A stretch of DNA of 55,900 nt, filler included, from Sphacelaria rigidula (taxonomy: Eukaryota): the NCBI GenBank assembly GCA_964200075.2. It is 6 parts of 6 records of this genome, joined end to end, with 100 filler letters (N's around TTAATTAATTAA, not from the genome) between each part and the next. Parts side by side here need not be neighbours in the genome. Positions count along the whole stretch, not along the records: positions 1 to 9,234 come from CAXNAA020008969.1; positions 9,335 to 18,568 come from CAXNAA020008970.1; 4 more parts are not named here. One strand, 5' to 3'. The translations under genes and the position numbers were made by a program. A model generated the notes under the pieces. The model saw only the letters and a list, made by a program, of their open reading frames with translations. It ran no database searches and was not told the DNA's origin. Each line of letters opens with the position of its first letter. The first letter of the stretch is position 1. This document shows, one piece after another, positions 1 through 12,400 of the stretch.

Positions 1-2
1 CT

Positions 3-1150
3 TTAGTAGCCGTCCGTAAGGAGAATGGCAAAATCAGACTGACGGTCGATTATCGACGATTGAACGCTGTCACCAAAATCACCCGGCTGCCACTTCCACG
101 GATTGATGAAATTGTTTACACTCTTGGCGGGGGTAAAGTATTTTCGAACTTTGACATGCAGTCCGGCTACCACCAGGTCGTGATGGATCCAAATTCCATT
201 GAACTGACAGCGTTTTGCACGCCATCAGGTTCGTACGAGTGGTTGGTTACACCACAAGGTGCCGCCGGAGCTCCAGGTGCGTTTCAACGTGCGATGTTCC
301 GCGTGACTGAGGGATTGCCCAAATGCCATATGTACCTTGATGATGCCGTGTGCCACGACTCCACACCGGCTGAACACGCCGAACAGTTGGCATCATTCTT
401 CAATCGGTTTGAACAACACAACTTGAAACTCGCACCCTCCACATCCCGCATTGGCGCCACGAAGATTGAGTTCTTGGGTCATTGCATCACCCCCGAAGGT
501 CGTAGCCCGAACCTCGACAAGGTCGCCGCACTCTCCGATATGCCCATGCCACGGGACATTTCTCAACTGCGTTCCTTGTTGGGAGATCTAAGCTACTACA
601 GACAGTACTTGCCAAACCTTGCCCAAAAGCTAAAACCCCTCGCCACCCTCCTCAAACAAGGGGTGGAATTTGTGTTCACATTGGAAATGGAAAAAACCGT
701 CCGCCGCCTCCTTGACACCCTTTCGCGCCCGCCGATTCTCGTCTTCCCCGACTGGTAGGCCGCGGAGCAGGGTTCCCGCCCTTTCCGGCTTCACACAGAT
801 TCTTCCAAAAATGGGTTTGGCTGCACATTAGAACAAGAGCAAGTCGATGCTACTGTTCGTCCTATTGTCTATCTGAGTCGCACCACTTTTCCGAATGAAC
901 ATAATTGGTCTGTCATGGAACAAGAGGCCGGCGCAGTTGTTTGGGGCGTGCGACGTCTGCGTCAGTATTTGTATGACATCCCGTTTTTGATCTATACCGA
1001 TCACAAGTCTTTGGGAAGTCTTGCCAAAATGGCGGAACACAACGCTAGGGTCCAACGCTGGTTCAAAATCCTGTCGTCTTACAACTTTCAACTGAAGTAC
1101 CGCACACGTCCCCAGAATGCAAACGCCGACTTTCTGTCACGCTTGCCCAC
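3..1150 (+). pseudogene. pol: Gypsy reverse transcriptase and RNase H
   Basis: RT motifs RLTVDYRRLN, FSNFDMQSGYHQV, TAFCTPSGSYEWLVTPQG and YLDD. Reading through TAG 756-758 in frame gives RNase H: RPFRLHTDSSKNGFG...EQEAGAVVWG...YTDHKSL...NANADFLSRLP. Confidence 0.95.
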
Positions 1151-2199
1151 ATCAGCTCAACCTATCGATGAATCCACCATGGGACGTATCACCGATCCAA
1201 CCGAAGACAATGTATATTTCATGAGCAGGAATGGACATAGAGGTCTCTACACACCACTTTCACTGAGAGAAACGCCGGCTTTAGGCATGGGTGGGTTGAC
1301 GACCACAGCCCACGCATCAGTCCTAGGCAGCTTGCAACCTCAATCGTTGTACTTAGTTTGGAATGGACTGTTTACGAATATTGTTGGCTATGATCATTTT
1401 CGTGCAACTGGCCAGGGCATGGTTTCGGCAGCAGGTGTAGAACCGTCCTTTGCTGACTCCGTCTTACCAGTTCAAGTTCGAGATTTGATTTTAAGTAGGA
1501 CTCGTGGACGGCGAACCGGCGAAACGGCTACTAAATTAGCCGTATCTGGTCATGACCTTCTCCTCCCTACCCCCACCCCGGTCCCCGATAGTTTCCTTGC
1601 GCCCCCGCAGCCGCCGCGACGCAAGGCCCCCCGAAAATCGACCCCGACCGTGCCGCCCCTGCCAACCATAGCAGAAACCACGGCTGTGCCCCCCTCCCGT
1701 GGTGTTGATATTGCAAACACCACCACAACATCCTCCACTCTAATCGACGCAGGAGTAGACGTTATTGTTCCGTCTGAGACCACACCAACTGGTAGGCTCA
1801 CCCTTGATTTCGAAATCACCGCTTCGTGCCAACCCCGCCCCGAACCGACCCCACACGAAGTCGACGCTTCAATAGATGGTGTATTCAAGGAACGTTTGAC
1901 TGTCTTCTCCCACGCCGACTGGGCCCGGGAACAACAGGCAGAGCCTACTTGTGAATCAGCTATCCATTATCTATCTAAGGCTTGCCCATGTCCATTCTCA
2001 GAAACTGAATTCCTTTTGCCAGTCGGGAATCTCAAAGCGCCCACAAAGGATGAAGTTACTGAACTTTGAAGGAAAGGTGTGCTACATACGGACGCTGATG
2101 GTATAGTTCTGTTATTTTGCCGGCCCACAGCAGCCCTCCCCAAGGGGAAGCCTACAAGTCGACATGCCCGCTTGCTAGGTGATGAACCCATCCGCATGT

Positions 2200-3335
2200 T
2201 CCGATGCTCCTGCCCCCATGGGTTCTACACGAATGCCATTCACAGGCATCGACTCATTTAGGCGCCACTAGAACCTCCCAGATGTTAGTGGATTTGTAGG
2301 GATCAGTGTTGTCGTTGGTGGGCGAGGCGTTGTCTTTTGTGTCAGGCGCGAAACACTTCTCGTCAACCAGTTCGTTGGCCGATTGTTTCCATGCCACTCC
2401 CAAACGGGCCTGGTGAAGTAGTTTCGTGGGACTATTTTGGTCCTTTGCCCTTGACGGATGATGGGATTAAGTATATTTTTCTGTTTGCGGATAGATTTAG
2501 TCGACATGCGGTGATGCACGCCGTTCCCCCCAGTAATTATTCCGCGGAAGGTACCGCCAACATTCTTGTCTACATGTACATCCCACTGTGGGGTGTGCCC
2601 AAACGCTTACTGTCTGACAACGGCCCGCATTTTTCAGGCAAACTTTCTGCCGCCGTCAGTGACCTTTTGGGTGCCCATCGCATTTGTACTAGTTCATATC
2701 ATCCTTCCACCAATGATGGAACGGAACGAGTGCACCATACGATGGCACAGATGCTTGCTGCTGTAGCAAATGAGAGACAGATGGACTGGGATCTGCACCT
2801 GCCCCTTGTCCAAATGAACTACAACAATTCAGTCAATGCCGCCACGGGATTGTCGCCGAATGGAATTTATATTGGACGCATGCCTAGGTTACCTTTGACG
2901 GTATTCGAACGCAAAAATGCAGGTGGACATCAGAGTCTGGATCGTGATGTTGCAGAGTATCCTTTGTCGGCTAGCAATCGTCTTCGTCTTGCATATGAAG
3001 TGGTACGAGAACAGAACCAAATCAATTTGGCCAAGGGGGCCAGGGCGAACTCGATGTTGGATGATGTGGTGCATAACCGCCCGGTGTGGAAGGTAGGCCA
3101 ATGGGCATGGGTGTATAACGATGTGAAGAACATCAATCAGGGGGCTAGCTCAAAATCATCATTTTTGGATAAAGTTTTGAAGGCGAAACTATCCTTGAAT
3201 TGGACTGGTCCTTGGGAAAGTGTAGCTGCTGATCCAAGCGCTACGGCACCCGACAAGAGTCCGGTGGGCGCGAAAATTTTGTATTTGTATTTTCCCACGG
3301 ATGCTCCGATGCAAACCGTGTATCCCCCCTCATGA
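2200..3335 (+). pseudogene. Gypsy integrase (zinc finger remnant, rve core, GPY/F-type SH3-like region)
   Basis: HECH..STHLG / CQAR; WDYFGPLP..IFLFADRFSR; LLSDNGPHF; YHPSTNDGTERVHH; WKVGQWAWVY...KLSLNWTGPW. Confidence 0.92.
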
Positions 3336-3453
3336 CTCCTCCGACATGCCCCAACAACTGCTGGTAGGGCTTAGCCAGTATGTGTTGACCAAATATGCGA
3401 TCAAAACTCCGCCGTATCATATGACGGTCGAGGATGCGGACGCACCCCTGGAT

Positions 3454-3612
3454 CGCGTTGAGGGAGATGGGATTTTGGGTCATCAACTGGTTCGCGGTCG
3501 TGGAGGTAAGATAGCGGTAATGTATCAAACACATTTGAAGAGTATCACGCGTGTTACATGGGAGCGTGAAGTTGATTTGCGTCATTTTCGTCGGGAAATA
3601 TTGCTGTACTGG
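3454..3612 (+). CDS. Chromodomain-like module at the integrase C-terminus
   Basis: RVEGDGILGHQLVRGRGGKIAVMYQTHLKSITRVTWEREVDL fits the chromodomain pattern (VE.IL.HR..RG...Y.V.W.....TWE.E..L). Confidence 0.7.
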
Positions 3613-3777
3613 GTAGGAGATACCGTCCAACACCGCCCGTTGAATAAGAGATATCGGTCGATGCGCAAGGGAGCTGCCGCTCGGGAACTGGCACGTGAAC
3701 ACTCAGCGCGGTTTGTTGTGACAGGATATAGCCTTCTTTCGCGTTCACAATACCTGGAGTGTTTTCACGGAAAACGA

Positions 3778-3936
3778 TTGCCGAAAGGGGCGTATTTTTG
3801 GTATAAGGCCTTGGATTCACTGTGGTGGTTGGGTAAAATTGACTTGGTCGATCCTGCATCTGACCACTCCTACTTTATCCGTTTCCTCGAGGACCCGAGC
3901 CCCCTTGAGATTCGCTTGGATAATGCGTACTACACC
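3778..3936 (+). CDS. PWWP/Tudor (Royal-family)-like module after the chromodomain
   Basis: LPKGAYFWYKALDSLWWLGKIDLVDPASDHSYFIRFLED resembles the PWWP consensus G.LVWAK.....WWPA.I......Y.V.FF.D. Confidence 0.45.
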
Positions 3937-6832
3937 GAGGTGCCGACCGCTCGGAGGGGATCCTGGTGCCTCCAACGACACGACCAAGGCGATCTCGACA
4001 CAGCCGTTCTACGGAATACGGACACCATTGGGATGCAGATGACTCATGATGCATCCGAGTCTGCTTCCCCATTCACCTTGCGTAGTGTACCGCGTTCGAG
4101 TCGATTGTCTTGCACCGTAGCGTCGTTGGAGAACCATGTGTTTCCCCCCCTCCCCCCCTTCATTTGTTTTTCGTCCCGTATAGCCCCGTACTTGTAGTGG
4201 TTGATGTTGTGTTTTGTATTTGGTATTTCGTCTTTTGTTCATATATTTTGTATTTTTTCTTGTGCTGTGTTTTGTTTTTTGTTGCTTTGGACCCTGATTA
4301 TGTGTTTCGGTTTTCTTTGCCTTTGCGTCATTTGTTTCGACTTGTTTTCGTCTTTGTTTTCTTGTTTTTCTTCTCTTCTTTTCTTCTCTTTTCGCCTCGT
4401 GCTTTGTGTTCGATTTTTTGTGTTCAATGGGTAATTTTCTTGGTTAATTCTGGGTTCATCTGGCAAAGTATAAGTAAGTGACGCTCCATTCCTGACCCCG
4501 AGTCTGGAACCTTGAACCTCCGTCCTCTGCGCCGTACATTCACAACCATTCCGTCTACTGGAACAGTTGCCACAAGTTTTTTATTCCTCCATTTTGTTTT
4601 CGTTGTACGCACCTTTTGTCTTCTTTTTTGTGATATGTTGTTGTTTTTTTATTTTTGTCTTTTCGGTCGAGAGTTTTAGGAGCGAGCGCTAGCCATACCT
4701 GAGGCCCACGTCTGGAATATTTGCGCTCTTGCCCAACTACTCCGTACACGCATACCGCCTCCCCCTTCAGGATCGGTAATGACGTGTCCCTTTTTTGTGT
4801 GCGTACCACGTTGAGTTCTTTATTAAAATGGGCGATAGTAGCCGAAGCCGAATGCCTGAAATGTTTTGACTTCTTGGCTGAAAATGTTGACGCTGCTTGC
4901 TTCATACACACGATAACCGCTCCCGTTTACAAGGACGATTGCCACGTGTTGTTTTTCTGCTTCATGTGGCGGGTATTTCGTTTTCGCTGTTGCCCAGCGT
5001 GCCCCTGGTTTTGCATTTATCTTGGTCTTGGTTTCTGCGTCTATGTCGGGAATTTGCCATGATGAGCGTTCCAATGTTCCTAATCCTCGAGTCTAGAACA
5101 CTTGGCCTGCCTTTTTATTGCAAGTCCTGCCGCGTGTGACCGACCTCGTGTATAAAAAGGTCACGGGTGATGCGACGCGATGATTTATACTTGGTGATTG
5201 GTAAGTTAAAACGAGATCACCACTGGCCGCGTCGTACATAGCGGTGTTGAAGAATTGTCATTCAAGTCGCGGTAAAATCGGTTGCAAACGTCTCCTCATA
5301 CAGGACCATTACGTATCATGATAAGGTAGATTGCTCTTCCGGAACTGTCCGTCCCGCCACGTCGATATTCGACCGTTGGTACAGCCTACAGGCTCGGAGT
5401 CCGCCACTCGCTATTTTTTTTGTCACTTTTACCAGCTTTTTGCGTACAATTACCCGCCCCTGAAATCGGTCGGTTGTGTTTTCTTCTTATCAGGGATTAT
5501 TGAACGAAGTAACGTAATTGAACGAAGTAACGTGACGGTACGACCGGCTGTGGGTTTTACTCCAGTTTGTGTTCGGGCCAGTCTCGTTTAGTCCGAACGG
5601 GCAAATACTGTGAGGAGTGGGCTGCGTTGGTCCTCTCTGTCCTTTGTATTTGTCGTGATTCAGAAATGTGGGGGGCGATCCGCCTCGGAAATACGTAGTA
5701 GGCCCGAAGGTTGTGTATCGACTCCACCACGTTTCTTTTGACGTGTACGGACACCTGACCTAACAAACCGGTTGGTTGTTTTCGTATCTCGTCGCGTGAA
5801 AAAAAAAACGCTGTACGACTGGATCATCACCCAGACGTCTTAAGCAAGTCGTTGCTCTCACAAACATGTACCGGCAATCAACTCCCGTCAACGAGTTAAT
5901 TTGTCCGTATCATGCTATTTGTTTTTTTTCATCAACTTATGAATTTCGCGGGAAACTACCATTTCCGCGACGAAATCGGCTGCACGTTGCTGGTTTTTGC
6001 TGATTGACTAGGACGAGTGATTAGCATGAACTTGGTTATCGGAGTGATATAATGCCTTGGCAGGCTTACCTGTGTTTCTACCAATGACCTAAAAACAAAT
6101 CGGGCATTCACAAGAGAGTAAACTGTTATGTTCATGATATAGTTATGGCAGAGTAGGATGATTATTTCAATGATAGGTGTCTGATTACCTGTGGCTATTC
6201 CGGAAATGCTCACGGCATTCGGAGGACACTGCACATTTTGTGGTATATGGTTTTGATTGTTGGTTTTGTTTTGTTTTTTTATTTTCCATGACTCCGTCTG
6301 CAACGCTCACGGAAGATGAGGACGCTGAATTCTTGTATCGGTTCTATATTTTTTCTATTTGCGTTGTTTGTGTTTGCGTTTGTGTTTTTTCCCGTTTTTT
6401 TTGTGTTGGCCGTACCTTATGGTTCCCCGTACCGAAGAACACTCAATCTTTGAAATGAGTCTCAGTGTTCTGTGGTGTGGGAAAGGTGTGGCTCGATGTA
6501 AGTTCGCCCCTTCTGAAAAGGAACTGCACTTGAACGATCCAGGGTGGGCTAATGTGATGGTAAATGACCGAGTGCGTTAATTAAACAAGTTCTTTGAGAT
6601 TTGCTGATGGTCCCCAGAAACGACCGGCGGGTATGAAAAGATTCTAGTCGGATGTGTGCTTGTGTACGAGAGAAAGTAGGTTGTTGAAGCGTTGATCCAG
6701 TTCACAAGTCGGATACGGTCTGTACCCGAGTAGCCGCGTGTACCCGCTGCTACTACAGCTTTGATTGGCGACAGCATGGCGCGTCATGCTGCTTTCGTAT
6801 TATGACAAGGTTGTACGCGAGGAAGGAGGACG

Positions 6833-7222
6833 TGTTGGTAGAACAGCGAACCAAGCTGCCGCTACCCACCTTCTTCACTCGACCCACCGGCCATTCTGCA
6901 GGCATCAATTGGATATAAGAGCTATTTTACCCATCACCTACCACCATTGGTCTCTCCTGCCTTCAGTGTCGCGAGCCCACAGCCTTGACGTGAGTCTTTT
7001 GCTGTGCTGTACTATCTCCCTCATCCGCAATTGTAATTGTATTCTGGCTTTGGGCTTTGTGATATCCTATGAGCAGTTGGTTATTGTATTGAGAGATTGA
7101 AACCGCAGTTTGAGTGGAACAACACGATCCAGGATCGCTTGCTGACATCCTCCGAAGGGTGTGGCTTGCTTGCGTCGGCGTATACGGCATTACTGCTCTG
7201 TGGTATCGCTTATACTTCGACA
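6833..7222 (+). mobile_element. Candidate 3' LTR (390 bp) with upstream polypurine tract
   Basis: PPT-like GAGGAAGGAGGACG at 6819-6832, then TGTTGG...TCGACA termini. TATA-like GGATATAAG at ~6911. No second LTR copy in the window. Confidence 0.5.
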
Positions 7223-7510
7223 CAATCCCCAAAAGTGGAGAGCGACAAAGTCGTGGGTGCACAAAAAAAACGACTGAATGGTTGACGAGGGAAAGGGACT
7301 GCTGAAGCCCTCTCGCGATACAAAAGAAAGTCAAACACCGCAGAAGGGAGGTGGAGAAAAAAAGCAAACAAAAAGGAAAAAAAATCGTGTGTTGCTCTTC
7401 CTCCTGTGTGACTCCGGCTGATGCGCCCACATGTACCGCGAGGTGAAGACCGGCGTCCGGAATAAATGGGACGATAACACACACAACACACACGACACAA
7501 AACATCAACA
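7223..7510 (+). mobile_element. SINE body lacking its tRNA head (same family as 35045 and 35622)
   Basis: Shares AGTGGAGAGCGAC...GAAAGGGACTGCTGAA...TTCCTCCTGTGTGAC...GTCCGGAAT and the CA-rich tail with the contig-4 copies. Confidence 0.75.
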
Positions 7511-7559
7511 CCTTGAATGTACTATACAGTATAAACTCTGAACACTTTGCCCTCTGTTG

Positions 7560-8060
7560 TATCCAAGGAGCATTGCTGCGGCAATGCGATCACTATATGG
7601 GTTTGCCCCTGTCTACTATACAGGCACGCCCGGAGGATAGAGAACACGCGCTCTATGAAGCATGACGGTGGCTGCATTAGCGCCAGATCCATCGCCACGC
7701 TGTGCCAAGCTGGCAGACGGCTCCTGTTTTCCCTCCAGAACGTCAATAGGTCGTATTTAGCATCGACGTCGGTTGCCGCTAAGCGATATTCGTCCCTTTT
7801 GATAACGAGCTTGTCGACGATGTCATTCGTCACAAACAGAAACACCGTCAAGATGCTGGTGTCATCCTTCGGGTACATGTATTGCTTCATGTACGTGAAG
7901 TTCGCGAGCTTGGTAGCTTTGAAGAGTTCCATGTTTGTCGCCTCCGAGCAGGTCTCCTGATACCGAATGCGATCGTTGGCGTATACACATACCTCGTGGA
8001 CTCTATCCTGCATTCTGTTACGCAGGAGATCAGACTTGGTACTGAATGTTGTTGAAAACG
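7560..8060 (-). pseudogene. hAT transposase C-terminal dimerisation-domain fragment
   Basis: DLLTFWRENRSRLPAWHSVAMDLALMQPPSCFIERVFS matches the hAT motif L.WW......P.L...A...L..P.SS...ER.FS. Confidence 0.8.
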
Positions 8061-8989
8061 GGAGCATAAATTGAGCATATATTCCAATTTACGAGCATAA
8101 TTTTTGGTGAGATTACTAGCATAAAAAAATGACCTTACTAGCATAATAAGTAGAAGCCTAGACCCAACGTTCATGTGAACTCAACATATCGGGGTGACAT
8201 ACTATATCCGTACAGTGTTAGTATATTTCTGTGTTATCGATCACGCATATAAAAGGGGGTCAACCATCAAGCTATCACAGTCTTACATGTCGGGGCTGCT
8301 GTCTTTGGTGCACGTCTCAGACCCACTTTTGTGGCAAAGATACTCGACTTTTTTTGGGATCCCGATTTTGAAAAAAATCGGTGGGACTCAAATTCGCGGA
8401 CTCAAATTCGGGGGGACCGTTCTATGGCACAGACAGTGTAGTATCACAGATTTGTGAAACGGTTCTATACACAGTCATTTTCTGCATGAGTGTGGTACTG
8501 CGTACTCGTGCATGAAGCCGAAGAGTAGGCAGGCGGTAAACAATCCTTCGAGTACAGTGTCGTGCCTTGGTACCCTAGGGCAATACAGTGCAAGACACTT
8601 CATCAGTACAATACATGCCTTGTGGTTGTACATGATGGCACAGTCGGTATTGCGAGAACAGAGAACAAACAGTGCGCGAGCAGAGTGCAGTAGTACAGTG
8701 TCGTACACCACCCCTCAGGCACAGCGACAACAGCTACGAGAGTACAGTAGCGGTCGCTGTTATGGTGATACATATGGCAGCGCAGCGCAGCATAACATGT
8801 TACTAATATCGCAGCAGGGTATGACGTCAGCACTCATTATCCGCTTGTCAAACCCCGTGCGAAGTTGCTTCAGCAGCTGCGGGTGGGCAGTAGGCATGCA
8901 CTGTGCTGTAACGAGACTGTCTTCTGCCGCTGTTGCAAAAATATCAAATGCATCGTACTCTAGCGTTGTACGTCAATGCACGTACGTCA

Positions 8990-9234
8990 CCTCAAAAAAA
9001 TCGGGGGGAGTCACGGTCTCGGAACGATTTTCCCCGATTTTTTCGAAAAGTCAGGGGAAACCGTTCCGAGATCGTGAACCCCCGATTTTTTCGCCCCCGA
9101 TTTGTTCGAAATCCGTGTCCATAGATTGCGTGCCCCGATTGTTTTCCCCCCCGATTTCGAAAAGCCTGGTCCGGCGAGAACCCGGCGTGCTCCGTCCCGG
9201 CTTTGTAGGGGCGGACCCCCGATGGGGTTGGCGT
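8990..9234. repeat. Cluster of CCCCGATTTTT motifs plus a dispersed repeat end (GTGCTCCGTCCCGGCTTTGTAGGG)
   Basis: The same motif or its reverse complement occurs near 41300, 41480, 42160, 42580 and 44925. Confidence 0.7.
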
Positions 9235-9334
9235 NNNNNNNNNNNNNNNNNNNNNNNNNNNNNNNNNNNNNNNNNNNNTTAATTAATTAANNNNNNNNNN
9301 NNNNNNNNNNNNNNNNNNNNNNNNNNNNNNNNNN
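9235..9334. other. Artificial contig linker
   Basis: N44-TTAATTAATTAA-N44, with stops in all six frames. Confidence 0.99.
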
Positions 9335-9371
<37 letters not shown>

Positions 9372-9436
9372 CAATAATAAAAATAATAATAATGATAATA
9401 ATGATAATGATGATGATGAGAATAATGATAATAATG
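9335..9436. repeat. (AAT)n/(GAT)n microsatellite
   Basis: Seen directly at the contig edge. Confidence 0.95.
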
Positions 9437-12400
9437 ATCAGAAGAAGAAAAAGAAGAAGAGAATGAGGGGTACCTGATTCCTGCCGATAAAAACGCGAGG
9501 ACGTGGGTATATCTTATTTTCGACAGACGTCCGAATGGTACAGGAGCATGGAACGAATTTGTCAAACTGAGATGACAGGCGTGTCCCAGGAGGAAGATGG
9601 GTCGATCTCTTGTAATTGCATACGACTGTACTCGTCCCAAGGACGAGGAAGAGAAAGGGTTGCGAGTACGACGAAAGAGAACGATATGCTCCGACGTGTA
9701 CTCCATTCTTGCGTACTGCGCATCCAATGCCGTTGGTATACCCTCCATTCTAGGATGAGACAATCATGAATGACGGGAACTAATGAGTAGACCCGTGAAT
9801 GGATCATGCGTAGAAGTTAGCAGGAAACGTTCAGGTGCGGCAATATTTGGAACCGCAAATAAATGGGCCGTAGAAAATGGGAGTCCAACCAATAATCTAT
9901 GATGCATGTGAACCGCATGGTAGAAGAGTGCTTCAATGTCAAGCGTACTTGACAGGAACAGCACGCTTCGTCGAGGGTCGCGTCCGGCTATGATCATTCT
10001 CCACCTGCAAATGCTGAATTCCTCGGCCTCGAAGTTGATAGAATACCAATGCGCTTACACGACCTCGGGATTAAAACGTGGACATATGAAAAGTTTTGGA
10101 AACGCATCCATATTTTCTCGGTGGGACGCGTCCCGATGTACATATATGACGTGTAACATTGAGTCAGAAGGCCGTCTGTTTTCCATGTAATGCCAGAGGA
10201 AGGTGTTCTGAGAGGACAGGAATGGGCTTGCGAAGCTGTTCATTTCATGATATATCTGTACTAAGGAGCCTTACGCTCAGAATAATCTCGCACAGGGGTT
10301 GAAATATTTCACGCTTTTGGACAGAAGTAGCGCTCGTGCTTGTTTTGGTTTCGTTCGTAAAAATACAGTGCCACCGCGGACATCCAAGCTGACTTGAGGT
10401 CATCGTTTGATTGACATGCCGCACATTCGGAACATTGACATGGAATACAAGGCCTTGATGTCCGAATACTTCCAACATTCAGATTTTTAATGGTACGTGC
10501 CACATCTTAATTATCACTCTGTCGATCATTTTTCTCGCTTCCGAATGTGTGGTTGTTCTCAAATTGCGACGCGAGAGCTTCCAAGCATTTCCCCCATAGA
10601 ATATACCAACCTATTCCGCGCGTATGAGCGGGGCACATAACGAACGAGATCGGGTCAGAGTGGCGCAGGCGTTGTACTGTGTGGTACGGTAGACAATTAG
10701 GACCTGCTGTAGTGCCGATTGCGATTTCGAGTTGGAAAATTACTTGGAACTCGACACCTCTACGTACACCTGAACGCCGTTTGGGATCACCTCAGGGTAA
10801 CTCCGGTGGCGACGTAAATGACTACTTCAACTGCTTCCATCGGATGGGTCGAAAAGGTAGATACCTGAAATCGACTGCAAATTCATCTGGTATTGACTGC
10901 GAAGATATCTGAAATTGCTTGCGAACCCGCCAGGTGTACTTGAAATGCCCCACTTTTTCACCTTATCCATTATGTCGTTCTTGATCCTCGGAGAGTACCC
11001 GATAGTGGCCAGCGACACGCACCGGAGATGTGCTGAACGCCACTCTGAAAACACCTTTCGCAGATGCAAAACAAATTTACTTTGCCCTTTCGCTGCGCGT
11101 GTTTCTACCCCTCGAATGTGACAGCTGCAAAAAGGGTTTCACGCATTACAATCGCAGACAATGACGCTCTCGATCTGATGACTACATCTTCGGTGACAGG
11201 AAGAACAGACATGCCCACATTGGGCTGCTTTACTACATCCACCAGACATTGCACCGGCTGTACGTTCGATTGTTTGGTCCAATTCGATGGACGGAATCAT
11301 TTTAGAACCTTTGGTGGACGGAAGCACATCAATTTGTTTATCATGCATTACAAAGAGTGCGACCTGAACACAGTAGAAAGGGAAATGTAAATGCTTGTCA
11401 AAATAGTCAACCAAGCACTCCGTATGTGAGGCGATAACAACTAATTTGTAGCATAACTGCGGCGCTGCAGAGAGCGGGAACCTTGGAAATGGTAGTGAAG
11501 CGCGATGAGAACGCCTTCACCAGGGGCTCCGATTGCCTTGCATCAGGTTCCGCTGACGGCGAGGACGACCGACTGTTTTCTTATGGAACGTTTTTCTGTC
11601 GTTTATTCTGCCGTGATATAGCGGCAAAATATGACCATTTTCGGACCGACTTGTTTTTGTCCGGTATTTCGCCTTTGTGTTTGTCCGGTATTTCGCCTTT
11701 GTGAGGTTGTGCGCGAACAGAAGAAAAAGCAAACTAGAAACACGCGAAATACTTTGATACCGTTCATCGCCTACCGTATCGAACACGGTGAAGAGGCTGT
11801 GCAAAAATAGCTGCCTTTATCCATGGGTCTGCGGAAGTATCCGTGTAAACCCCGAATGGTGATTTTTTGCCCAGATAATGCTAAGGTTCTGCGATAGTGA
11901 CGTAAAGGATTACGTAGTCAGTCATTGATCCCTGAACAATGGCTGAAGTCCTCACTCGCGGAAACAACATCGTTTACCAAAGTTTCAAGTCTGACACTTG
12001 ATACGATGATATCTGGCTAAGTTGTCGAGTCCCGTCGAATATCCATTGCGCAGTGTTTGCCTTCATGTTTATCACGAGGAGCGTTCGGCAGTCGGCTTCC
12101 CTCGTCGAACGTAAAGTGAATATTGTGTACCCACCTCATGGTTGCTGTCCAGTGTTGGGCATGATGTCAGTGAAATATCCCGGGTTGTGTGAGTTCACCG
12201 AAAGTCGAATCCACGTCCACACCGGTAGAAAATTTTGACAATTGGAAACTGAGCTGCCGGGGCGACCGGCTTCAGGTGAAGATCTGAGATAACAGCTGAT
12301 TCTTTGAAATTGGAGTCGCTTGTCTCAGCGGAGTCAAATATTACCAAAACCTCCAAAAAATAGAGGCCAGTTCTTTCACATTCTCCTTTATTCACAGTAC

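Larger units (their letters stand above)
1..4197 (+). mobile_element. Ty3/Gypsy LTR retrotransposon pol region (decayed, chromovirus-like), 5' truncated by the contig start
   Basis: Domain order is RT, RNase H, integrase. In-frame stops at 756-758 and 2067-2069. Frameshifts near 2200-2330 and 3310. Confidence 0.95.

Noticed and set aside
4110-4481. Hydrophobic env-like ORFs after pol
   Set aside because: The Phe/Val/Leu richness is a by-product of T-rich low-complexity DNA and appears in several frames.
9279-9290. Regularly spaced TTAATTAATTAA palindrome (every ~9.33 kb)
   Set aside because: It is embedded in N runs and is an artificial linker.
9287-9763. Tyr/His-rich ORF
   Set aside because: It is a translation of the (AAT)n microsatellite and the N run.
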